Assembly: GCA_038496445.1 (NCBI GenBank)
Contig: JALMLS010000377.1
Span: 1 to 64,000, forward strand
DNA: 64,000 bases
Direction: 5' to 3'
Source: Trichosphaerium sp. ATCC 40318
Taxonomy: Eukaryota; Protista; Tubulinea
Shown: positions 34,770 through 48,433 of the stretch, in pieces
Layout: each line of letters begins with the position of its first letter
How positions within the stretch are numbered: position 1 is the first letter of the stretch
Program-made: the position numbers and the translations under genes
The notes under the pieces: generated by a model
What the model saw: only the letters and a program-made list of their open reading frames with translations
Told to the model about the DNA's origin: nothing
Databases searched by the model: none

Positions 34770-37650
34770 ATGGCGTTGCTTAAGAGTATTTTGAAAGCAT
34801 TAGTGCCGATATTAGTGTTGTTAGTTATTCTTGGATGCGTCACTGGACTACGATACATTATACCTCATTCAACGCGTAAGGCTTACTAACAACTGTATTT
34901 CGTTCTTAATTTTGTAGATCACGTGCAGAAGGGCCTAGACGCAACAGCAAACATCAAGAGTGGTAATGGCGAGGATTGCCACAAGTACAATATCAAAAAA
35001 CAGAAAAGTCCTAAGTTTTTTCCAGTTGGCGCTAATGGTGGGATAGGCCAGGAGATCAAGAAGATGTTTGCGTGTACCTTGAAACCCATTGTAGTAGAGC
35101 AGATGGAGGTGTCATAAATTACTACAAGTACTTTTATTGCTTGGCGTTCCCTTATTGGTTGCGCTTTGCATCCGCAGTATCCACCTACACGTGAAAATGA
35201 GCTTTGCTTTCCCTAAACTTTTTACTCTCACTTTTCTTTAACTCTCACTGATTCTCTGGCTTTTACTACTTTTCTATCTACTTGGATTCGCTGCAGATAA
35301 CTACTTTGTACCTTCGCTGCGTATTATTGCTGCCAAACTGAGAATGTCACCTGCAGTAGCAGGTATCACTATTCTCGCTCTAGGGAATGGTGCACCTGAC
35401 GTCTCAGGCGTTTTCGCTTCTGTAGATGCCGGTGCTATAGGCCTAGCAATTGGAGAACTGTGGGGTACGGAGAAATGAAAAACTATCCTTTCCTAAATTA
35501 GTAACATCGTTTGATCCCACGTGTTAGGAGCGGGTGCTTTCGTTACAATGGTGGTAGTAGGATTAGTAGCCATTTTGTCTCCAGTACGAGATTAGGTTAA
35601 CTAACTGTTACTGACCTTTTTATTCCATAGCCTTTTGAAGTGGAAGCGTTCAACTTTTTCAAGGACATTGGATTTTTTATTGTTGGTGTGGTAATGTTTG
35701 TTGTCGCAATAACAGATGGTAAAATTTATTTTTGGGAAGCCATTCTATTTGTTTTGTTTTATCTTGCGTATCCTTTTGAAAAACACTGGCAATTCTACTG
35801 TGTATTTTAAATTCACTTTGTCTCCTTAACTATGAAGATACGCTGGCGCATCAGTTGTTATCCACTACGTGCAGCTCTGGCGTTTTCACAGAAGATTGAA
35901 ATCTATAAAAGAAGAAAACAACAAAGATTCTCTACAGGCAGGAGAGTATAACCCTGACACTGGCTGTTACGTACTGCTCATAAGATTGTAACTAAATCAT
36001 AGTAGTGAATCTACCTAAAACCAAGGAAGAACGAAGTGAGGTTTATTCTCTATTACTCACAGGAGAAAGTGAGAACGGTATTGAAGAGCCTGTACTGGTT
36101 AGAGATCACTCAGACTTAGAAGAAGCTTTCTCATTCAAACAGTACTAAGTTTTCACAGTGGTAGCGCATTACTAACTTTTCGACAATAGGTGGTACATAG
36201 ACTTTGAAGAAATGTCATTTTTCTCAAAAATGTTTTATACTGTGTCATTCTTGTTCGTGCTACCTCTACGCCTAAGTATCCCTGAAACCCACCGCTGGAA
36301 CAAGTACTTGAACATAATCACATAACTCCATTGATACTCATCAAGATCTTTCCTAGGCTATCCGCTATTGTAGCACCTGTCTTCGCCGGGTGGGCACTAT
36401 TGTTTGCGTTTGTACCAAAACAATTAGCAGAAGATATAATCATTAAAGGTATTTCTACTCTTATTTAAGTAAATTTAACGATTCTAATAGATGTGCACAT
36501 ACCAATCGCCGTTATACCTCCAATAGTTGGTATTATTTTCTCCACTTTAATCTTTTTCACAAGCAAACGCGAAAAAAAACCAGTTTACAACTTGGTACGT
36601 TATTATCCATGGATAATTCTCCACAAAAAAATGTTAATTTTTTGAAATGTGACATTTGACATGTGAAATGACATGTCAAAAAGGTATTTGTTATAATGGC
36701 ATTTTTGGTTACAATATCATGGATATACGCCATTGCTAAAGAGGTAGTAGAAGAGCTAGTAGTACGTGCTTACATTAATGTTAGCAAACAAGAAAGTAAT
36801 CTGTGTATTTTTGTTTAGATGTTCGGCAAGGCGTTTGACATTAGTGAAATGTTTTTGGGCGCTACCGTCATGGCAGGAGGGAACTCTGTTGCAGGTAACA
36901 AGTTGACATAATAAAACAGTTAAAAATACTAACAAACTCACGACAGATCTTGTTGCAGACGTTGCACTCGCCAAGAAGGGTTTGGGGCCTATGGCCGTTG
37001 CTGCGGCTTTTGCTACACCAGCATTTAGTATCCTTTTTACTTGACCTAACTGTTACCTGTTTATTTTGTTCTTAACGCGGCAAGATGTTATTTTTGGTTT
37101 GGGTGTATCTTTTGCGTACGTAACCGGCAAAACGTTGCCTGACTCATTGCCCATATCAATTGATATGCACACGTTCGTATGTGTAACTGTAGTGTTACTT
37201 TTGAGGTATGATTCTCCGCTTTTTACCTAAAAAAGAGCTTGCGTATTTTTGTTTTCTACAGATTTTCCGAGCACTGTGCGAGTTTTCTTCTCATCAAAAA
37301 CATAAATTTTGCTTCTCGTTATAAAGAGCGTCAGTAAGCAAACCACAGTTTGGGAAAAAATACTGTTTCGCTGGAATTGAAGTTTGTTAATGAAAAAAAT
37401 CGCTTGGGTTGTTTTGGCTCGCTGTAATTTGTTACCAAACGGCAAAGAAAAGCTTTTGTGAACGTATGACGTGATACAAAAATACTAACTGTACACTAGT
37501 CTTGTGTTGAGCTTGATAATTATTCCTGTGGCCGGTTTCCGCGTTCCAAAATACCTTGGTATAGTACTGTGGGTAATATACCCCATCTTCTTTGTGGTAA
37601 TGGTGATTTTGGAAGTGTATTGGCCCGACAATCCAGACGATAACCAATAA
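34770..37650 (+). CDS. CaCA-superfamily cation/Ca2+ exchanger (CCX/NCLX-like)
   Basis: Alpha-1 repeat AGITILALGNGAPD; alpha-2 repeat LGATVMAGGNSVAD…PAFN. Confidence 0.88.
35768..35837 (+). other. U12-type GT-AG intron
   Basis: Donor GTATCCTTTT; branch TCCTTAAC just before the AG; frame preserved (FYLA-YAG). Confidence 0.88.
37028..37084 (+). other. U12-type GT-AG intron
   Basis: Donor GTATCCTTTT; branch TTCTTAAC; frame preserved (PAF-N-VIFGLG). Confidence 0.85.
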
Positions 37651-38012
37651 CCCACCTTTTTTTAATAAAAGACGTAAAGCCGTAAAGGCGTAAGCATGTA
37701 AAATACACTTCTTTGAAGTTGTAGAAAAAAAATACAAAAAAGATCGACAATTACCAAAATGAACGATTGTGTGCGAATATTTTCGTACCGTATTTTCTGG
37801 AAAGCAATAGACGTTGTATTTATTGCGCGTGGATGTGTTTTTGAGCTTGAGAAAAATAAAAAATGGATCAAGGTACTCTTAATTGCAGGAAATCTCCTTT
37901 GTTGTGGGGGGTGTGGTGTTTATTTACATTGGCGGGAAGAGGGCTTTTCGTTTCTCGTGGTGAGGGAATAAATAGGTTGTGTACAAAAAAAAACGAAATT
38001 AACGAAAGTTCG

Positions 38013-38342
38013 TTAGCGTGGAGTGCGGTTCAAATCGGCGTTTGATTCGGCCAGCAAGCGCATGGACTCCTCTCGTGAGCTTTCGGAGTCTTCCTCTTCC
38101 ATCTCTTTTTGCGCGCGTGCGAACGCCTCCTCAGGTGTGCAGTCCAATTCGCTGGCTCTGTACTTGTCTAGAGCCTTACTTTTTCTACATTTTTTCGTTT
38201 TGGTGAGAGGTTTTCCGTTGTCATCTGCCCACTGTACGCGACCGGTTGAAGGTTGTCTGCAATAAACCACCGCATGGGCCTTTTCTTTTTGAACCTTTTG
38301 TTTTACTTCCAAGTACTTGCGCAACGCCTTTAGTAGGTTCAT
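38013..38342 (-). CDS. Small protein with an RVxW PP1-docking-like motif; 5' end uncertain
   Basis: 109-aa ORF containing GRVQWADDNGKPL. Confidence 0.5.
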   Translation of the reverse strand: MNLLKALRKYLEVKQKVQKEKAHAVVYCRQPSTGRVQWADDNGKPLTKTKKCRKSKALDKYRASELDCTPEEAFARAQKEMEEEDSESSREESMRLLAESNADLNRTPR

Positions 38343-38665
38343 GATGCCTGGAGAGATGCTATCGCATGCGAATATTGATTACCTAAATGAATTAAGTGAG
38401 TAGAAACTTCGCGTTTGTTTCAAACAAACTAGCGTCATCTCCACGGAGAACAAGTGCAACACCTGCTTTTCACTTCATTGAGGCGCGTTGTTTGAATGAA
38501 AGTGTTGTGTCAGCAGTTGCAAATGATAAAAAGATTTTTTTTTGGTCAGAGACTGAAAATGTTTTTTTTGGCTTCCCGTTCATTCAACCCTCTTTGTTTT
38601 TTCCACTGATATTCTCAGACGCCACGTATCGGTGACATATTGGTATCACATAACTCATATTCATA

Positions 38666-40594
38666 ATGGCAATGTTAAAAGTAGATAAAACGCCTCTCGG
38701 CGATTTGTGTCAAATAGTTGCTGCGTACAGTGGCGCTCAGTTGGAGTCTATAACAAAAGACGTACGTAAACACAATAAGTCGTCTTTTTACCCCTATTTT
38801 TTTTAAATACAACCCCATTGCACATTGGAGAGCCAATGCTGCGTTTATTATGCACGAGGGCTAATTATTGTCAGAGCGCAGCTATCCAACTCGATGATGG
38901 TGCCACTACGCTTACTGACGTCTATAAAGTTTGTTCTCACCTAGCTGGCGATAAAAGAGATCAATTATTCGGTACAGACGCTGCGGTACAGACAGGCGAG
39001 ACAACAAGTGTCCAGGTACAAAATACGTTGTTGTGAGCTCAAATATGCACTACGCAATCAATTTTATCAACTATTAACGCTGTTCTGATTTTTCTCATTC
39101 GTAATTAGATTAAAAATTGGTGGGACAAAGCTGTGCTACCAGAGAAAGGTTTCTTGGCCGCGTTAGCTTCAGGCGAGAAAAAACAGATGTTTCCTGCCTT
39201 GTCGTTATTGAAAAAGGCCCTCATCCGCTCTGTATACCTTGTTAACAACAGACTCTCTGTAGCAGATTTGCTATATTTTTCTGCTGTACACCGCGTGTTG
39301 GTACGCTAAAGGAGACATCACTGATCCTCATAAAAACAATAGTTTTCGTTGTGATAAACAAACAACGACTCGTGATTTATAGTCCATTCTAATACATAAT
39401 CCATAGCCTACTCTAGACGATGCTGATAGATTCAACAGATTCCCAGAGGTATTGCGATGGTATGACAATATTCAACATTTGCCAGCTTTCACACATGCTC
39501 CAAAATCCTTCTATGTATTCATTGAGAGAAATGTTCCAGAGAAGTTCCAAAAGGTATTTGACACTCGTCATTTTGGGTCTTTTTTTTCGCGTTTTACATT
39601 GGCAAAGGCTTTGTGATTAACATGGTTTTGTATTAGGGCGCTAAAACAGTAAAGAGTGATTCACGAACTGTACCTGGACAAAAGGGTGGAAAAGGCCAAC
39701 AACAGCAAGGAAACAAAAAACAAAAGCAGAAAAATCAAAACCAACCTAAAGGAGGCAACGGTGGTAAAAAAGGAAACAAAGCACCAGGTACTGAATGACA
39801 AACATTCTAAAACGATAGATATCAAACAAAGAAAATAAGGATCATTTCTAAGACATCTTTTTTAGCGCCTGTGGACATCTCAAGATGCGATATCCGCGTT
39901 GGACAAATCACAGCTATCCACGTTCATCCAGAGAAGGATGGTTTATACGTAGAGACTGTAGACATGGTATGTGTCTCTAAAAGATTTTATGTCTCTTCTT
40001 TAGTTTACTTTTTGGGTTTTTTTCTTTCATTTATCGTTGTAACGTTGAGTTAGGGCGAGGAAAACCCACGTACTATTGTAAGCGGGCTTGCTAAATACAT
40101 TAAAATTGAAGACATGAAAAACAGAAAGGTTATTGTTTTAGCCAACACCAAACCAAGTAAACTTGGCGGCGTTGTGTCACAAGGCATGGTTATTGCAGGT
40201 GCGAGTGTTAATAACTTTATGCAACGAGTGTGCTAACTTTACACCTCCTTTAGCGTCAAGCGAGGACCACAGCACCGTTGAGCTCGTTGATCCACCTGCT
40301 GATTCAAAACCTGGTGATAAAATCAAGGTAGAAGGTTATGATGGAGAGCCAGACAAAAGATTAAACCCAAAAAGAAAAGTATTCCAGAAACTCCAACCGG
40401 TACAAATTTTTTTCGTTCAACAACAGTTGCAACAAAACACAGTTTTTGTTTCTTTCAGGTTATTTTCATACTTACAATAACATTAGGACCTCAAGACAAC
40501 TGATGAATGCGTAGCAACATACAAAGGACTACCACTCATGGCACCTACAGGCCCTTGTAAAACTGCAACAATGAAAAACTGCCATCTCGGTTAG
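38666..40594 (+). CDS. AIMP1/Arc1p-like aminoacyl-tRNA synthetase cofactor (GST-like N-terminus plus EMAP-II tRNA-binding OB fold)
   Basis: LSVADLL…RWY; DIRVGQI…[10 protein letters not shown]; RTIVSGL; SQGMV; RLNPKRKVF. Confidence 0.85.
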
Positions 40595-41980
40595 TAAAAA
40601 ACATTCGCTAAGCAATCACAATTTTTATGTTTTCTTTTTTGTTTTTCCTCTTTTTTGCATTCATTACAAGTCCACAATCACCACCACAGTATTGGGTCAA
40701 CAAGCAAAAATTGTCTAGGCGCAAGCTGTCAGGCTTGTCCTGCGACCAAGGAGGTATGTACTCAATCCCAGTCTCCAAGGAGGTGACTCCCATTGTCGCC
40801 CCGCACACATTGAGGGTTAATCAAACGTTTGGGTGCCGAGTGTGTTTGTCCTTCGGAACCAGTACTTTGACGTTACCTCTAATTAACTTAATAATCAAAG
40901 GCGCACAGGTTCCGTCCCCGCCAGTCCGTGTGCATAACTACTCTGGGAATATTACATAGCAATTTTTTCCAGCACCGGCAGCTATCTTGTGGTTTATTGA
41001 TCATCTCCTCTACGTACCTGAATAGGGGATTTTCTGGACGCACACCTCTGGTGTTGGAAGAACTTATGTTGCTTTTATCTTGCATTGATCTACAAGCAAA
41101 TGAATTGTGGGATACACTTCAGTGAAATATCCTTTGAAAATACTCAAATATGGATAATGCACATTTCCAAACGCCGTAGATATTACAGATTTAGATTAAA
41201 TTAACACCATACTACGCTATTTGGGCGTACGAACAACGTTTAATGATTTATTGAAGCGACAGATGAGATGTATTTTTTTTTGATTAAAAATTCGACTATT
41301 TTGGTTTGCTATACCGCTATTTCTTTATCTTCGTTGCATTTAAAGGAATGTGCGACCTAATACAACGTATGATAAAAGTTCCCAGAAGTTCCAGAAGCTA
41401 TGCGAGACGAAAGTTCACAAGGCACTGATTTTCTGAGAATTTCGTTTTTAGGAGTATGATCAGAAAATCTGATCAAATAGCGCTGATTACGTGCAATATG
41501 TATACATTACCACCAAAGGAAAACTCCCACGATGGCAATGTTGGCACTGGAATTTGGACGCTACTACAGTTTTTAAGTTCATCAGCAGTATCGAAGAGGG
41601 TTAATCACAAGCTCGAATTCACGATAGTAGCCAGTAGTGTGTACACTTGGTGCAAGTAGTGAAGTATCAAACTGATGGTTAAGTGATTATCTCAGTTCTT
41701 TTCTTGGTTTGTTCGATTATAGGTGGTTTGGGATCACTATCGAAGTTAATAAAGAGTGGAAATGCGAACTAGGCACTAATCACGGTAAAGCTGGTCCACA
41801 AGCCTAACGGATGAGCATTTAATTAAAATGATGCATACTTTGGGGTCTCACCTCCTGTCAATGTGTACATAGCATGGAGAGCACAATTTCGAGTTAATAC
41901 AACAAAGAGTGTACTTAACAAATACAATACGGATTTTTTTTGTGATCATTTTTACTTTACATAGTTTTTTTTTTGTACAT

Positions 41981-43457
41981 TTACTTTTTTTTATCTGGTG
42001 ATACTTGATATAATTTTACATTTACGAGCTTATAACTACTCGAACAGTCAATAATCCAATTAGTGGCAATAGGTTTAACACCAAATAGAGACACAACCTT
42101 AGCAGCAGCCGCTAAACAAAGCATAAGCCTAAAGAAAACGAATACCTCAAAAAAAAAGAAAATACTGCTAAGAAGATTGGCGTACTTGATGATGTTGATG
42201 GATCTACTAGAACACAAAGGTTTTCTACAGAGTGTGCATCAGATACCTTGTTTATTATAGTGCCACCACCAAGCCTTATAAGACATTTCAAATCTGTCTT
42301 TGTGATTTGTTTGAATTTCCCTCGAAAGAGGAATGAGTGACCTTGAAAAATAGGCGCAAGCTAACAACATACCATTAGACATATTCAATAGTTTTACAAA
42401 GAAAAAAAGATAAACACATACGCCCTTGTTGAGGCGTTCGCGTCCTCTTTGAGGTCCTCCTTTAAAGCTAGTATCGGCTGATACAATATGCTCTAACTCG
42501 CTGACCCACTCTTTCTTCTTTTTACAAGCAACAATCCCTTTAAATAATATTTAATTGACAATGTCAATAGGGTAAGTTCAAACGTACAAGAATATTTCAC
42601 AATCCATATACCGCGAAGAACAGCTTCCAAGTACTTCATTGTACGCTTAGCTTCGCCTGCCCTACAAGAACACTCGCATAAGAATACGTACACAGAAGAA
42701 ACTATGTGAGCGCGTACTTGTTGCAGTCGGTTACAAGATGAGTCACATCGTCTGTAAACTGTAAGGATAGAGTTCCTCCTAGGCTATCCGCGATCTTGTT
42801 TGTATTTTTCAAGTGTTTTTCGCTCAAACCAGTACCAATTATAACAGGTATTACTCCAGAAGGATCACCGCTTTTGTCTTGAGATGAGATTATTGCATCC
42901 TCGTCAGAGTGTTCTTCAATAAACTGACTCTGTTGAGAAGGAGGAAATTGCGTAGAGTTCATGCGTGGGCGCTTTGTATGCTTTTTAGCGAACTTGACAC
43001 GCTTTTTAGGTCTCTTTGAAGTGTCATCTTCGGCGTTTGGGCTTTTTTCTTCCTCGTCGGTATTTTTGCGTTTTCTTTTGAGGCTTAGAGCGGGTGTATT
43101 AAGAGGGGACGCGCTGGTTGGAGTGTCTTTTAATTGTTGAGAAGTGTCATTTACAACCTGTTGATTTTGCTCAGGAGTGCTAGTGGGTGTGTACGCAGGC
43201 ATAGATGATAGTGCAATCACTTGTGACAACCGTTAATATTCATTACTGGAACAAGTTTAGTACCTTCGTTGATGTATTGGTCATAAATCATAAGCTTCTC
43301 GCGTAATTGGGCTTCCTATCAGAAAAATAAGCTAAATGACAGCTGTTTATAATTTTTTTTTTTTTGATAGTACATCTTCCTCACTCCTCGGTGACTCTTC
43401 ATGAGGAGATACAGCGTTATTTACTTCGTTGTTGCTGTTTTCAATCGACTCGTCCAT
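41981..43457 (-). CDS. Tandem-BRCT protein (BARD1/BRCA1-like C-terminus)
   Basis: IIGTGLS…VTHLV…KRTMKYLEAV-RGIWIV; second BRCT IFQGHSF…LIRLGGG…ATNWIIDC. Confidence 0.8.
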
Positions 43458-43672
43458 ATTAGCATTTCCACATCGATTTATAACTAAGCCGAAGAGTGCT
43501 TTGCTCGTGTGAGTGCTTTTCTACTAAATTTTATAACTGATTTTGACCAATTTAGACTTGTTGTTGCTTGTGTTTTATTGCTTGCTCTGTACATGATCAC
43601 AACAAGTTCTGTGCGCATAGGAAATGCGTATTCCCGCCAATCGTAACATTATACAGTCAATATAAGGCAGGA

Positions 43673-44322
43673 ATGAACTTTAACAACGCGTATAACAGGT
43701 ACATCAACAAGCATGATGATTCTAAGAGCGAAGGAGCACCAAGCTCGGCTGGATTAATCACTCCACGGCGAACCTTCTCTGTTACACCGAAAAAAGAACC
43801 ACAAGAGGTCGAGTATGTACCATACAAACGCAAGCGCAAAAATGTCAAGGAAAAAGCAAATTCCACTGCGAAATCACTTAAACTTGGTACATAAACTACA
43901 CCTTTGGCTCGATCGTTAAAACTCAGTTTAGGCACACCACTACTAAGCAGCACAGCGAATGTAGATGAACGCAAGAACCCTGTGTTGCAAGAAAAGGAGG
44001 TGCCAGAATCTTACAAATTACAAAAACTCAAAGAGAAGCTTAGAGGTACGCTCCTATATTTAACCCTTTTCACCGGCTAAATATGACAGGCATAAAGAAG
44101 AATACATCCAAGCAACATAAATCTCGTGTAGTGGAAAACTGTCGGCTGCCTACATTTGTGTCACACCGTTCAGGTAGTGGCTTGAGTAAAGAAGACATTA
44201 CCAAAGCGCAACTGGAATACCACAGGAAGATGTCTGGTAGAGTACGTGCGCAAAAGAGACGCGCACAAGCAGCTGGAATGACAGGTTTCACGACATCGAA
44301 ACGCACGCAGGGCAGGCGGTGA
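43673..44322 (+). CDS. Basic low-complexity hypothetical protein
   Basis: ORF segments joined by two short GT-AG introns; no domain recognised. Confidence 0.5.
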
Positions 44323-44603
44323 TACCATTTTAAAAATAAAGGTGACTTCGCGCAGTAGTATGTGTCTTCGTGCTTTCCACCACAGCGACAGCGCATCACT
44401 ACCCCAAAATATAGAGCTGTAATTGTTAATAGAACTACAAAAAAAAAAAAATAAAAAATAAACCATTTCAAGTTTAACAGTGAAAAAACACGTTTATATG
44501 CTGGTAATACAGTGGTACTTGTTGTAAATACAAGCTGTAAAAACCTCGGTGCCAAAAACGCACGCGAGAAATGTTAGTTTACAAGTTGCGCGTTGCGTTC
44601 ATT

Positions 44604-45107
44604 CTACTTCCCTTGCCCTGCCAAAGTTCCACTCTTTGGACCGCTTTTAACTCCAGCAGAGTTTTTAGCTCCCCAGTCAGCGCTATCAAATACTTGTTTC
44701 TACAGAGTATGTATTAGCAACACTATCCGCTTTCACCAATAAACGGGCGATATTTACCTTCTGGGTTGGTTTTGGTTTTGGGAGTCTACCGTACTTGCGG
44801 AAGTGCTCTTTTTGTTCCTCTGTGAGGTTTTTTGGAAGCTTCTACATTGGTTTTAGTGTATACATGAAAAAAAATACTTCAGAAATCGGCAAAATTGCAC
44901 TGCATTACAGTGCCGCGCGCAAACCGCGTAATTATAACAACAAAGCCAGATCAGTTAATCTGTTTTAGTTGGACAAAAACGCGTCTGGTTGTTTCGGGCG
45001 CGGCACTGTAGGACTGCAATGCCATTCTGCTACAATGAGGCAATTTTGAACACCGCATTGGTTTCAATAAAACGGGCGAAAGAAATCCGTACCTGTTCAG
45101 TTGACAT
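44604..45107 (-). CDS. ENSA: Endosulfine/ARPP19/Igo1-family PP2A-B55 inhibitor
   Basis: Three exons give MSTEQ…RKYGRLPKPKPTQK-KQVFDSADWG, with the KYGxLP and FDSADW signature. Confidence 0.8.
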
Positions 45108-45548
45108 GGTGTTTATTATAGATATGACTAATTGTGTATTTGCGGTTGGTGGGCTTAAATTGTCGCCCTTAAGTTAAAAAAGCTACAACTGTTTTTGTTT
45201 TTTTTTTTTTGTACTCAGTACGTGACGCTTGGTAGAATGTACAGTACGTTTGTCGTAGATTGCGCGCCCCGACCCATCGCCCAAACGAGTAAGTAGATTG
45301 ACGCACTACAAAATTAAAACAAGCAAAAAAAGCAGTAGTAGAAGTTATTAGATTCGTTTCATTTCCGATTATGGTACACGTATTTTACAAATAAATTAGA
45401 GGTTGCACAACGCAGTGAAGGAAGTTTAAAAAAAAAATGACCATCCTAAAAACAATTTGTGGTAAGCAACTTCATTGCTCGCGAACGAAAAAAATCGAAG
45501 GGCGTACTTTTCCTGCACGGAGCATATTGATGCGTTGTTTTATACTTG

Positions 45549-46717
45549 TTAGAAATGTTGTGGTTGCAAGAGTTGTAGTTCTTCCTGCTGCCTTCTTTTT
45601 TCTTCCTCCTCGATCTCCCGTTGCTGCAACAAATGCTCTTTAAATGCATACTCTATTTTATCACGCTTATCGGCTACGGTTGCTAGACGAGAGGCAACAA
45701 CATCTTTGACAGACTCCAACAAGTTACAAATATCCTCCAATTTTTCTAGCTCTGCTTGCTTTTCGCTTATAGTGGGCGGCATATCGTATGGGTAGTCATC
45801 GTCAATGTGCGATTGCACAACCTTGCGCAACAAGGTATCAACCTTGGACTGCAGCACCGTACTTAAATGTTTGATGTCTTGTTTTAAAATGGCTGGTGAT
45901 TGAGCTTGGGATTGCAGTTCGCGTGCGAAGGTGGTGTCGTCCTCTGCGTCAGTATCGGCACGAGTTAACATACCAACCGGCGTAGTTGAGTGTCTGGAAG
46001 TGGCGGTATTGTATGGCGAGCGGTCAGGTGTTACTGTCAAGTCGCCGTGTGTGTTTGTCCTACCACGCATGGCAGTGCTCGTAGACGAAAAATTGTTGTA
46101 TGAGCCAGTGTTGTTTGCGGTGAGACGACGTTGGAAACTGCTCTTGTGTCTAGGTTTAGCGTTTTTTGCTATTTGGCTTTTCATTGGTGGTGTAGGAGGA
46201 TAGTATTCGCGAAGATCGCTATCGGTGTGTTTGGACCTGGGAGACTTTGTTTTTAGCTTATTCTTCTTTCCAGACGATATCTTTTGATTACCCAATATCG
46301 CATCCGCGGTTTGTAGCCGTCGTAGTCTTCCTGGTGACGACATTTTTTTTGACGAGGTACCATTGCTGGTCTTGTGGCTGCTGGACGGTGCATCGCTGCT
46401 ACGTGAATTCATGGTGTCGTTGTCAAGTGGTTTTGGAAACGGTGAGGCCGAATACTCGGAGCGGAGTGAGTCCGTTCTATCTGTAGACAGCGAAGCATTT
46501 TGATTGCTGCCAGCCGTTGCTTTTGAGTTTGTTTTTTTATTTCGGGAGGCTGAGCTTTGTAGTGCTTCAGACTTGCTAAGATTTGATCCAGATGATATCT
46601 TTATCCTTCCTTTACGCTTTCTGCTGCGTTTGCGGCTACTTTCTACAAGCCGCTAAGTTAGCACCTAATACATTCTAAAACACACCAAAATAACTTACCA
46701 GTCGAATTAGACGCCAT
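45549..46717 (-). CDS. Ser/basic-rich protein with C-terminal coiled coil
   Basis: Long ORF plus a short first exon (MASNST); no domain recognised. Confidence 0.65.
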
Positions 46718-48433
46718 CCTTCTTACTGTGCATGCATAAACGGCGCCTCTGGAAATAGACCAAATATTGACTTTGCTCGCTTTCCATTCGCTTTTTAAGT
46801 ACGGAACAAGTATTCCCGTACAAAACTGATAGAACCAAGTGCAAAACGCAAGCAATAACAAAGGTGCAAACGTGTTATGCGTAATAAAAATCTTTATTAC
46901 CTCGCTCACGTGCTATTGTTTTTTTTTTTGTACGCTCAGTTGGCGTTACAATAACGCAGTTGCAATTGACATTTGGGCCTTGCAAACGCCATATAACGCC
47001 GACTGTTAGTTGGGTGTAGTTTTTGTTCAACGGCAGCTGACACCGATCAAGGGTACTCACAAGTATCAAAGATACCTTTGTAGCTTTGGCTTTGTTATTG
47101 TACAACCTTATTTAGCGTTTCAAACAAAAAGAAGTCCAATTGGCACGCCCAAAACTTGCGTACACATTCTGGCGCGAAGTGTGGTCGCATAGAAACACTC
47201 AAGATGTTAGTGAGAGCTCTGAGAATTTGTTTACAAGTGTTGTGTACGGTATAACCTGTCATACAAGTAGTTGACACTAGTGGTAAACCTTGGCGAGTGT
47301 AAAGAAGGATTGTAATCTTGCGCCACAAAAAAAAAAAAAAAGGAACATAAAAAATCTTGCAATAGTCTTTTCCAAACAAAAAAACCCACTTGGTTTCATA
47401 CGCAAGCACAACAATACGCAACGTAAGTGACCGTGGTTGTTATTACATGGGTTTGTGAAGCACAGAAGCCTAATAAAACCGGTGCTCGTCTCTATTGAGC
47501 TTCCAACAACAAACAAACACGTACGCTACATTTTCTTGCCAAAAGAAACAAACATCAAACTCAATTTACCGAATTTTATCCATCGGGCCACCATTTCAAC
47601 TACTTCCTCCAGCTAAAAGCGTAACTCCACTCTGTACCATAAGGTACAGCGCTGCGGTTTTTTTTTTTTGTTTTTTTTTTTTTTGCTGTTGCTGTTTGGG
47701 TGTTTTCTCGCACACACCATTTGTACAAATTCCGATAGGCACAGAGGGTGTGTGGACAAACTAGCCATTTGAAAGCAACATTTTGTTGTGCTTGGCTTAT
47801 CCTCAAAACGCGCTTCGTTTATTTACGCTCAACAGCACAAAACACCTTTTTCTTTTTGCCAAGCCGCGTCCTTCCAAGTTCGACGCAAATGGGACATCTC
47901 AGCAACTTAAAGCACCGACGACAGGCTTGCTTTCATGGCGCACTACACCACCTTAAATTTTGCAGTTAAAACTACATTCTATCTAAAGTTTTGAACCGCC
48001 TTCTTCAACAATACTCCCTAAAATGCGTGTCAACGATGCTTGTGGCGTGTGGCATGTACGTGCCATTAGCACCGTTGAATTCCGTTCCTTTCGAGAAGTA
48101 TTTTTGGTGTTACGCGCTTGCGCATTCAATGATAATCACCATTTTTTTTTCTGTATTCTCAGCAAATGCTAAGCTTTTGTATACACCACAAAATTCGCTC
48201 TCAAACCGCTTCTTTGACAAGCAAAACTATTCATAATGTGAGTTTTACTACCACATTGTTTTGCCCGTTAGAACGTTGTCACTGCTGAGTAGCAAAATTG
48301 ACGTGAAATTTCTAACAAATTAACCCAAAAGTATTTTTGTTTTATCTTTTTTTCAAATTGTTTTTGTCTTCGCTGAAATAAGCAGTCTTGGTAATCAAAA
48401 TGTAATACTAACACCCCATTTATCAGGTAACCT

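Noticed and set aside
41376-41398. Heat-shock element (TTC/GAA repeats)
   Set aside because: Spacing does not fit alternating nGAAn units; looks like a short local duplication.
46720-48430. Short ORFs in the 1.7-kb divergent intergenic region
   Set aside because: Homopolymer-driven, with no consistent splice model or domain; treated as promoter/UTR.
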